Below, piece by piece: positions 47,958 through 59,200 of a DNA stretch of 64,000 nucleotides. Each line of letters opens with the position of its first letter. Position 1 is the stretch's first letter. The stretch is from Nageia nagi. Its lineage: Eukaryota > Plantae > Pinophyta. The stretch lies in the NCBI GenBank assembly GCA_050084985.1, contig JBITNC010000002.1:1798001-1862000 (forward strand), given 5' to 3'. The notes beneath the pieces were generated by a model. The model saw only the letters and a list, made by a program, of their open reading frames with translations, was not told where the DNA came from and did not search any database. The translations under genes were made by a program, and so were the position numbers.

Positions 47958-49027
47958 TGTGTGAATGGGTCAAAATCCTTGCACTTGGATCACTTACAAC
48001 ATTTATGAGCAATTCGAAGAATCTTGATACATTCCACCTGATTTTCATATGCTATGTATTAACAATATTGATAAGAGTAGGGTTTAGAGATTGTCCTTTG
48101 TGCCTCAATGATGCAATATGTTGTCTAGACTTGAAAGGAAGACAAAAAGATTATAGGAGACTTCAAATCACAAGTCCTTTAGACCTTGTGACCATCCAAG
48201 TGAGATGAAACCCCAACTCGAAAATGTTGTAAATCTCCTTGTCCGCAATTAAGAGGATGCTATAAAAGATTAAAATGCCTATGATGCAAATATGATCTTG
48301 ACACAGACTAAAGACAATGCTTGTGTAAGATAATTGAACAATGCTAAATGATAATAATATGGCAATGCTATGATAAATATTGATAAAGACTACGTATGCT
48401 TCAAGATCTAGTCAAAATGATCAAATATGAAAATAATGATAATGAATTTAATGCTATAAACAATAGATCTAAATGCTAATGAGACAACAAAGATCTTTCA
48501 AACCATAGGGTTTGGACCTTAAAGGTCAAACCTTGAGTATGAATTTAGCCTAAATGCAACTATATGCCAAATAATTATGACTATACAATTTAATCAAAGA
48601 TACATGAAATTCACCATTGATAACATAAGCAACCTCAAATGATCAAAAGATACCTCAATCCATGGAGCATGGAGAAGTTTTGCCAAGGTGTGAAGAGGTG
48701 AGCTCAAGTCTTGATGTGGTCCTTTGCAAATTGATGTCGCATTTACGGTTGCACGTAGTAAACTGCAGAAGTCATAAAGCTATGAAAAGTATGCAAATGC
48801 CATAAGAGTCTCAAAATGTAAGCCCTGATTGGCTTTTATAAACCTTAGATAGGATCATCCGGATGACCATGTGACCTACAGGATCATCCGGATGACCGTG
48901 TGACCTATAGGATCATCCGAACGATCGTGTGACCTACAAGATCATTTGGGCAACTGGAACCAAAGTGTTAGAGACAACTTAAAGGCCAAAGTAAAGGGAT
49001 CCTGAAAGAAATTTCAAACCTTTTACA
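47958..49027. mobile_element. Probable LTR remnant between the two genes
   Basis: tgtg...ttaca ends, reverse-strand TATA (gcttttataaacc), internal tandem repeat; no TSD found. Confidence 0.35.
48850..48950. repeat. 29-bp tandem repeat (x~3.4) with a palindromic core
   Basis: (t/c)aggatcatccggatgacc(a/g)tgtgaccta; core tcatccggatga is self-complementary. Confidence 0.9.
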
Positions 49028-50523
49028 ATCTCCATTGAAGATAGTCTTATAAGTTCATTTATATTTCAATATAAAACATCAACTCTATAGGCTTCAAAAC
49101 ATTCATAAATTCAACATTAAAATAATTATACTAACTACATCTTAATATAAAAAATATATTTATATGCAATAGTAGTGAACCACACTATTTTATTCAACTT
49201 CGTTCACCACCTTTAATGCATAACCATGTTGATGCAGACTTTAATGTATGCCATTTGATATGTTACTTCCTTCAAGATTTGAGTTGACATTTAACTCACT
49301 CAATTACTAAAAGGCAAGAAGATCTTCAAAGGCAACTCAAGAAACTTGATCTACACTTGAAACCCCTTAATCTTTTTAGACACCTTCAAAGGTGGGTATA
49401 GTTGGGCCGATATAAATGTGTTGAACGAACCATAATCATCCCCCTTCATTGAAAAATCCACCCATATCAGATTTTTTGTTACCTTAACCCTTCTCTAAAT
49501 TAGATATTCTTATTTTGGCTCATCTTCATCTCTCCCATTACCTTCCCTCTGCCTTCTTTTCATGGTCATGGTATGTCATGTCATCCCATATAAGAGTTGA
49601 GTGTGCACATGTGAAAACCCACAAGCCCATCTTAAAAGGTAAACAAAGTACCATAAATAAGGTTGATATTCCACACATGTGGGACAAATGGTGTGATGGT
49701 ATATAAGTGGATATATGATGTGTAAGAATAAGAGAATACGACTAAAAAACTTGAAACATATGTGATGGAAAGGATGAGATGGCATGTACTTGGTAGGATG
49801 AGCCAAGTATACATGTTTTGAATGGTTAATTGTTTTAAATAAATGGCTAACTACTTGAATAATGAGCGATTAATCATTTCATAGGAATAATTAACTCATT
49901 ACATTAGAGGCATGTTAATAGGGCATAAGTACATTTCATTTATCCATTCATTCATTCAGTAAGTTTATAAAGTGCTTAAGAGTGTTTTGGAAAATTATGA
50001 CTATTGAATAGGTATCTTAGATAGTAGACATGGGCCCAAGTACAAGTGGGAGGAGTTAGAGTGAGGAGGTAGGATCTAAACCTATCTTTATTTTGAAATT
50101 TTAGGTAAAATGAGCAAAATTTAATATGTAGATAAAGAAACTTAGATTTTAGTGAAATTTTAATGAAATGTAAATGGTTAGAATGTATTTAATTTTGTTT
50201 ATTTTTAAAATTTCCATATTGTAGGGGTGAAACGATGAAGGTATGTCATTTTAGGTAGGGAAATGAATGAGTTATGTCATTTCTTTACCTTAAATGGTTG
50301 AGCTTTATCATTTAGGATGTGGTGTAAGGGGAAGTGGTAGAAGTAATATTATTTCAATGTTGAAATGATTACAACTTTAGCATTTATAGAAAGACTATGC
50401 AAAAATTAACAAGGCTATGTTGTTTCAGTGCAAATATTTAGAATTGAAATTTTAGAGTTAAGTTTTGCATTGCTTTTGAAATACAAGGGAAAATGAATAT
50501 GATAACATCACATGATTTTGCAG

Positions 50524-51170
50524 GAGGAAGGGAACATTGCATATGAGACATCTTTTTTTACTACTATGGTAGTTACTTTAGAGGAAAATACAAGAAGAGC
50601 ATTAGACGTGGTTGATAGTGATAGGATTTTCCCATGTCGGGATGATGCATAAGATTATCATCGATGCAGGCTTTGTGACGATGCTTACTGAGAGGTGGGA
50701 TAGTCATTTGAATACCTTTTATTTGTTGTTTGGTGAGATGACCATCACTCTAAAGGGGATTTGAATGATTTATAGGATCTTAATAGAGGGATAATAGGTA
50801 TGATTTACAAGGTGGAGGGAGGGTAGATAAGCAGTGATGAGGTGGATAATTGATAGACATGTCATATACTTGCAATGGAGGATAAGTGGTTTCAATATGG
50901 AGGACACATATATGCATCATGTGGCATATATGAGAGTTATATTTGTGATGAAGTTGATCATAGGGTATTTATTATCATACTCACTAGGATTCATATTACC
51001 ATGGTTGATGTTGAAAGTGGTTTATAGGATAGAGATGGATGCTATAATGTTCACTTGAGGACCATCTTTATTGGGGTAAACTTATTGGGAGTTACATCAA
51101 AATAGACATGTAGATTTAACTAGTATTAGTGTGTTTATGTTTTGCAGTTGTGGATTGGAATCGCATGAGC
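50524..51170 (+). pseudogene. Plant mobile domain (PMD, MAIN/MAIL-like) relic, probably TE-borne
   Basis: From 50642: MMHKIIIDAGFVTMLTERWDSHLNTFYLLFGEMTITLKGI*MI (PMD ERW..TF.L..GEMTITL motif); later FT*GPSLLG*TYWELHQ; several stops. Confidence 0.8.
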
Positions 51171-51179
51171 ATTGGGAGT

Positions 51180-52495
51180 CCATGTTCCCTTCTCATGGCA
51201 ATAAGCTTTATTAGGGGACACTTTTACTTTTGCTCTCCCACTTCATGAAGTCTATAATATATGTAGAATTAACATTATATTTCATATATGTAAAGCTCAA
51301 AATAATGTAATTATTATGCATCAAACATATACTTCCTTTTTTTCACATGCTGACAAATTAGAAGTGTTTCATGATGCTTACAAATGCATGTTTAGGTTGA
51401 TAAGGTGGATGTGGAGTTGGATCACCTCAAACCCTATGGTGGAAGCCATGTTCCTTGTGAACACTCATCGAGGGAACCTTCTAAATTTCGATTACTTTGG
51501 AGGCCATCATCATGTGTTAAAGTGCATTTATTTGAGTGCTATTGATCTCAACCACCACATGCAACCAAGCATTAGAATATTACAATTACCATCTCGTCCC
51601 ATCATACAGGGGGTTGGGACGTATGTCCACCATATTTAGAAACAACTATTGGGTGGAGTAATAATGGTAACAATAATGAAGCATAAGGCATTGATGACAT
51701 GCACAATGAGGTAGGGTGGATTATTTCGATACCATATAATCAATGATAATATATGAGCAATGATGAGGATCCTTGATGTTATCATACTCCATCTCATGCC
51801 AATTACTTTTTGGTTTTATGATATTCAGGACTAGTTGTTAGTAGGATTCAAACCTTTAAATAAACTATGTTTTGTTTCAAGTTTCCCTAGTATAGAAAAT
51901 CTTTATTTCTTATTTTTTTCAACCTTTTATGCATGTTCCCTTCTCATGGTAGCAAGCTTTATTAGGGGATATGTTTACTTTTTATCTCCCGCTACACAAA
52001 GTATGGAATATCTTTAGAATTAACATTTTGTTTCATATTTGGAAAGCTCAAAACAGTGTAATTTTTGCACATCAAACATCTACTTCCTTTTTTTCTCACG
52101 ATGACAAATTATCAATGTTTCATGATGCTTGGTTACAAATATGTGTTTAGGCTAATAAAGTGGTTGCGGAGTTAGATCACCTCAAAACCCTTTTGGATTA
52201 TCTAGGAAATGTCTCTTATGGTTTAGGTCGTATTCCTCTTGAACACTCATTGAGGGAACCTTCTAGATCTTGGTTATGTTGGAGGCTATTATCGCATGTT
52301 AGGGTGTAATCGTCCAAGTGATATTGGACTCAACCACCCACTTGTAGCCAAGCATTGAAATACTACAAGTACCAACTCATCTCATCATATTAGGGGTTGG
52401 AACATATGTCCACCATCTCTAGAACCAACTATTGAATGAAACGATAATAACAACAATAATAAAACTTAAAACATTGATGACAAGCATGATGAGAC
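51180..52495. repeat. Diverged direct duplication (~540 bp: 51180-51715 and 51931-52495)
   Basis: Both start catgttcccttctcatgg..aagctttattagggga and stay collinear to cattgatgaca..catgatgag / cacaatgag. Confidence 0.85.
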
Positions 52496-52857
52496 AAAAT
52501 GATTTTCCTAACCCTTTGAAGTTTATACAATCTATTAAAATGGGTTAAACCACCAACATTTTTTTTTTTTTTAAATTTTGTAAAACTATTTATATTTTAT
52601 TAATATAATAACTTTTTCTCAAAAAAAAAAATTCTTGGAAGTCACTCATTTAATTTCTTTTAATAAAGTAATTTTTTACATAATATAGAGGATCCAGATC
52701 AAACAAGCTTCCGTTATCTTCATATAGTTAGGACCCCAACCTATTTTGGATCGACATCCTCAGGTAATTAGAGAGAGAATTATTGCGGAGCATCTCAACC
52801 CTTCTCACAGGCATGGCCTTCAAAACTTGTGTGTGAGCACCTTGTGGGCTTGTAACA

Positions 52858-53289
52858 ATGGCAAGGGAGAGCGAGAAAAGTAGGAAGAAAAATTCGAGAC
52901 GAAGAAGTAAATATGACTCGTCTGATTATTCAAGTCTTGATTCGGGAGAGGAACGGAGGACTCGCAGGAAGAAGCGCAGCCACAGAGAAAAGAAATCCCA
53001 CAAGTCAAGAAGGGATGTGAGTTCAGACGAGAGTTCGAGCGAGGAGGAGGAGTATTCGAGACGCAGTGAGAGAAAAAGAGGTCCAAAAAGGAAGAGGGAG
53101 CGTGAAAGAAGAGGGAATAAGAATGATAAGAAGAGAAGACATGTGGAATCCGACACGGATGAAGAGTCCGAGTCGGGAATGTCCTCTTCTGCTGAGGTGG
53201 GTGGAGGAAATCGGAATGATAATGCTCCACAGAAGGAAGTTCAGCTCATTCTGAAGAAATTTCCCTCCGTGAAGCCAGAATTGAGACAG
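52858..53289 (+). CDS. DnaJ-domain gene exon 1
   Basis: ORF 52858..53304; low-complexity basic/acidic region then ILKKFPSVKPELRQ|gt. Confidence 0.9.
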
Positions 53290-56200
53290 GTAGTTTTTTT
53301 TTAGAAATTGTTTTCCCCCATTTTGTTTTTTTTAAATGGGACAGTACAGATCTTCAAGTTCTGCTTTTCTTAACTTTGTGTTTACAAAGTTTTGAGATGT
53401 CATAAACGTAAGGCTTGGGAAGCTATTTAAACTACTCAAAACATCTTGAAATTATGCATATTACTGCTTATTACCTGCCAGACCTCTTGTTCCATTTTTT
53501 TTGTGGGTTTGAGAAGATGCCTAACCTGTTTCTCATAGCAACCAAAACCTGATCACAAAGATAAGTTGGTTTATTAAATAACTTAAATGCTAAGTTTTAC
53601 AAAGAGTTAACTTACAATTATTCGCATGCTGAAACCGTAATTCTTTAATCTTAGAAAACGAACCCAAATAAGGTAATGACTGAAACAGCACACAACATGT
53701 GATCTGACCATATTGTAAAACTTAAGTTTTTAATGGAAAATGACAAGAATTAAAGTAGAATTGCAAGCACAAAGCAGTATGAATTAGCAATGCGATCACC
53801 TCTTGTTAGGAGAGCTGGGAGAAGTGAGGTGTACGAAGGAAACCTTCTAATGAGATTTTGCCTAGAGCTAGCAAATGAACTGTAATATATCAGTTGACCC
53901 CATATAACATGCCTTTCGAGGGATTTTTGCGATTCAGATACCGACAGTCCACTCATATGAGAGTTTCCTAGGCAAGGTCAGTTTGAAGACTACCAAAATC
54001 AAGATCAGAGGTAAACGGGTTGTTTAATTATTCACTATGCAGTTGGTGTTTTCTAGCAACTTTATCAATTAAGTATACCTTTGCTTTAGTTGAATTGTGT
54101 CCAATTGAAATTGATACATAGCATTGAAGAATCAACCATCGTGAAGATCAATTTTATATTGCATATTGTGCTTCTAAACTGTTAGGGAACTGATTTTAAA
54201 TTATCATGTTGTTGTCAACCAAGAAACAAGGAATATATTAAGTTATTAACTATAAAATTGTAACTTGGGCTTGAATGGGTACAGCCTAGATTCACAATCC
54301 TGGTCAAAGGGTAAACCCATATAGGTACAAATTCAAACTTATAATTATTAGGTAACTTAACAAACACCCTTATTTTGCAAGTAGGTCTCATATACCAATT
54401 AGTTATCCTCGGTAGTATGTGACAAAAAAAATGATACTTGCCCTTATGCATAAGCAAAATTTTGATCTTACATTTTTAGTATATAATATAAAAGTTGGCT
54501 AGACTTATAAAAAAATTAGGATCATTCCAAATGCATGATATTTCATGTCTTATAATTATGAAGTCACGTCAAGGGACTATATGAATCTTGAATTGATGTT
54601 TTTCAGTCAACTTTGAAGGTTTAACTTTAATTTATTAAGAGGGGTTGATTGTTTATATAGAAGAAGGTAGACTAAAATAATGTATAGCATGTTACAACGA
54701 ACAATTAATAAAGAGTTAATAAGGGATTTATAAGGCATTTAGAAGACTGAAAAGAAAAAGTGGTTTGTTTTCTAAAATTGAAGTATTTTTCAAGGCATAC
54801 ATTTGCTATGTAAAATTTTCTATGAACTAAACTTTGTTTTTCATGTCCATGAGTGGAAGTAACAGATAAATAAATATGTTTGGCATGTTGCAGTAGGTGT
54901 TTTATGGTTGATGTGTTCATTTTAGCAATTCTTTGTCTTCACAATATAGATCAATAAAACTATTACAACTTCTTCCTTCATCTTCGTTTTTATTTAATTG
55001 GCTATTTTCTTCATGATGGACCTTATGTTGGAAAATTGGACGATCTTTCTAGGACATTGTGCTTTCAATGGTGGTCAATCTCTTCCTTTTCCACTTAAGT
55101 TGGTTTCGGATACTTGAAAATTAATGTTTGCTGATTCTAAAAGTTACTATTGAATAGAAGTGCGAGAAATGTTTGTTTGTTTCTTTAGTATTATTATGAA
55201 AGAGAATAACGCAATGGCTCTTTGCCTGTGTAACTTTGGTTAAGAACATGTACGGTTTCTTGTAATATTTTACTATCTCCAATTCCTACCGCCAGCAAGA
55301 ATAATCATGTAAAAAAGATGTTGGGTTTGTACTACCTTTTTTGGTCAGTTGAAAAGCTGAATGTTTGCAGCTGCTGCAAATGTTGGACAATGGACAAGCA
55401 GTAGACATCAAAGGAATTTCTAGCAAATCATTTTTGAAGCTTCTGAAGAAGTTTTTTCAAGCATTGAATCTTAAAAAAACTGGAAAGGGACTTTATCTAT
55501 TGCCTAAAGGGGCTTCCCCCTGTTTGGAAGCTGTGGGTTCCATCATTGAGTGTGATTCTAGTGTTGCAGCTGAAAATCACTGTATTTCTCAACAAGAGTG
55601 TCTTCGGAATGAGCCATCTGACCCTCAAGAAGGTGAAAGCAAAGATAATCAAGGAGAATCATCCAATGCTGATAATGTTCAAGCACCTGAGCTGAAATCA
55701 GATTGCCCTTTTTCTACCAAACGCAGGTGCAATTTCCAGTTTCTAGTGTTACTTTATCATTACGTTTCTTGTTGCCTTATTTTTGCTTGTATCAGTTATC
55801 TTCTTGTTTTTTTTTAATGTGCAAAAGTCGGTATTGCCTATCGTAGTAAGAGTATAGCTAGATCTGTTTATTTTTGTGTTGCCTGTATTACTGATGGTTG
55901 CTGTAAAAACAAAATAATGTATTAAATTTGTCAATGTTAGGTGTCTGATATGTATATATGCATAAAAGCCACACTCAAGCAAAATTATATAGAAAATCAA
56001 TGCCTACCTAATCATTAATTAAAATTCAACCACAAAATGAAGCAGCAACACTAGTTTTGTCTTATTTATTTGTATGTAAGTAATATGTTTTATGGAAAAA
56101 TACAGTGGTCCTTGACAATAAAATTGATCATTTATTCCACTCGCATGAATTTGCATGTTTCTAGTCGTATGTTCCATATCTACAGAGTTAGTTCTATTTT

Positions 56201-59200
56201 CACATGCCAACTTCTTTCTCTTTTTGGTTTCTGTAGAGTTGGGTTTGGAAATTATACCCATATATATTGTTGTATTCTTGTACGCTTAGTATTGCTGCAT
56301 GCTACATTTTCTGATGTTTTTGACAATTATGTTAAAAAACATCTTCCTTTTATTTCTATTGTTGCACTTTGTTTTCAAATGAACTAAAATTGCTAGCTTC
56401 AAACTACTACCTAGCAACCTCTTGGTGATATCTGTGTTGGGCATAATGCCACTCTTGAAGAAGTGGTTATGACATACTAATTTAAAACTATTATTTTCCT
56501 TGCATCTATTATTCATACTTGAAAACTTTTTTTGTGTTTTCTTTCTTACAGGCATCTTGATTTTATGCATTGAATTGGTTCATATATTTGGTTTCTGTGC
56601 ACAAACAAAATACTGCGATAGTAGTGGTCTAGTGATGGTTCTTCACTTTTGGAGAGGATTGATTGACAAGCAAAGGGTGTTTAGACAAACTGCCTTTTAT
56701 ATTTAGGATAATGTTTTTAGATTCTTAAATTAGACAAGGGATGTTCCCATACCAAAATAGATACATCTGTGCAATGTGCTTGTCTTTTTTTTTTTTTTTC
56801 TATTATTTGGTGTTTATGCATTCTGAAATTTCTTGCAGGGTGATAGGTCCGGCCATGCCATCAGCAGAAATGTTGGCAGCAGCTGCAAAACTGACCGAGG
56901 CAGAAGCAGCTTTGAGGTTTGTGTCTCACAAAGTTTTAATTTAGTTTCTTTTGTCCGATTACTCATTTTTATCTTATGATTCTTCAATTCTGATGTAATT
57001 GAGGGTACTGAGTTGTCATAGTTATTCCATTACTAGAAAGGAAATTTAATTTTTCATTTTATCGAGGAAAGATGACTTAGTCATAACCGTGTAAAACTCA
57101 GGGAAGCTGAGAAGGAGTTGGAGAATGATATCCTGATAGGACCACCTCCACCGGCTGCTGTTGCTGAAGCGGAATCAGCAAATGATGCAGAGCGCTTTGA
57201 AGAGGTAATGTTAGAGTCTCCATCCAGTGTAGCAAGATGATAATGAATACACATAACTTAGTGAATACATTACAAGATTTGCAAATACTTATCTTTTTCT
57301 GGATGCTTTAATTAAGTAGAATTATCTTTTCTACTCTTTCTGATGTGGAAATATTCCAAGAATGTTTGGTAGCCGAGGAACTACTAGATATATAATCCAG
57401 ACAGGGGAAGCAAGTTTTCATTTTACAATTTGGCACAGTTATTGTTTTTGTGTTGTAATATCAATGGAAGTCAATGCCAAGCTTTTGGTACTCAAATGTA
57501 TGCTTTGGTTCAGCCAATAAGAAGGTGAAATACTGATGAACAAAGAATGTAAATGGGGTTAAAATGCATGTGTTTAAAATCCTGTGAAAAATGATAATGG
57601 TAAAATGCTGTGTTACGAATTTTACCCAACATAGGCACACCCATGACTATTCTTGCAACAGGAGAAATTTTATAAAGACAAAAACTTGTTGGATAGTTGT
57701 TTTAGAACACCTCCTCTGTAACCAACTATAACATCATGGCATCAATGCTTTTCATATTCATTTCATTCAGGTAGGCAATCCTCTTGTTTATGTACATTTT
57801 CTGTATTCACCATTCACTTGTTCAGAGGGTTCTTAGGTGATGGTCATTGGAGCATGCATTGTAGGTGGATTATTTTGTTAAGTGGTAACGACATTTTTCT
57901 TTTTGACATACCAGTCTGAAAGGTTATTAACTTATTAGTTTCCTATTACGCAACTAGCCTTCCTTGTGCCTACATTTTTTGTGCATAATAAGCATGGGCT
58001 TACAGGCATGCAATTTTATACTGGCAAGGATGAAATTTGATTCTTTCGTACAATAAGTTTCATTTCTCTGCAAATTAATTTTTTGGAAATTTAATTGTAT
58101 GCTCCTAGTGCTGATCCAAACATATGAGGCTTTTATAAATTTAGGTTGTTATTACCTAATATGAGATCTCTATTTTCATTAATATTATAATTGACTTTGA
58201 ATTAGATGATAAAATGTTTACTGATAAAACTCATTTTTACCAGGTGTCAAGGATCATTGCTTTAGATGCAAGTAATCCGTATGAGGTTTTAGGTTTAAAC
58301 CGACTTGCAGCTGCTGACAGATTCAAGAAAAGGTAACGTGTTTCATTTTTTAAATAGTTTGCATGAGATAAGGAAGGCTCATCTTTAAAATTTGAATGAA
58401 CTTGATAATGAATATTGCCAGTTAAATTGCATATCGTTTTTCACACTCTGATTTGTGTAAGCTAAGGAAACCTTAAAACAGGCATGATCACCAAAGAAGC
58501 CACAAGTGAAATTTGTAAACTTTTTAACATTTACCTAGATGTAAGCAAGTAAATGAGATTTCATATCCAGTTCTAATAAAAAAATAAAATCCGGGGGTCT
58601 GAAAATGTAACTAAGTACAGAAGCAATAAAACAATGTGAGAATTATTAGAACCATATTTTCCAATTGCAAGTTTCTATGTGAAGGTTGACACCTCATGAA
58701 AATGAGTTTATGTAATGTAATATCGTTCTTAGACATCAGAATGAACGCTTGCTAAGAGGAAGAATTGGGAACATCAGCATCCACCACCACATTGTAGCCA
58801 AGTCAATATTTTGCTAATATTCATTCACAATATTAAGGGAAAAGGTTGGCTGGTTGGACAGTCCCAAGGAGGAAAGTACTGCGCCTAAAAGCACTCCTTA
58901 TACCCAAGTTTGATAGACCTCTTGAGATAGAAAGAAAACCAGTTATGTGCGCTTTGATGACACTTGATGTTGAATAAATGTTGACCATCATAATAAGAGG
59001 ATGAGGATTGGGAAGCCCTTGTAGTAGCCCATAGAGATTGAACATTTTATTACATGCCTTTTCCCATTTGTCTTTCGAGTAAACATCTGAAAGATATGCT
59101 TAATGTTCCCAAGCTTTAGTGGTAACCAATTTGGTATGTTAAGGGGTCCCCTGCGAATCCTTATGTAGGATGTCCTTTTAAAGGAAAAACGCTAAGCACC

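Noticed and set aside
48850-48950. CRISPR-like palindromic 29-bp repeats
   Set aside because: The units are directly adjacent with no unique spacers, there are no cas genes, and the context is eukaryotic.
52820-53230. Antisense ORFs over DnaJ exon 1
   Set aside because: Shadows of purine-rich low-complexity coding sequence.
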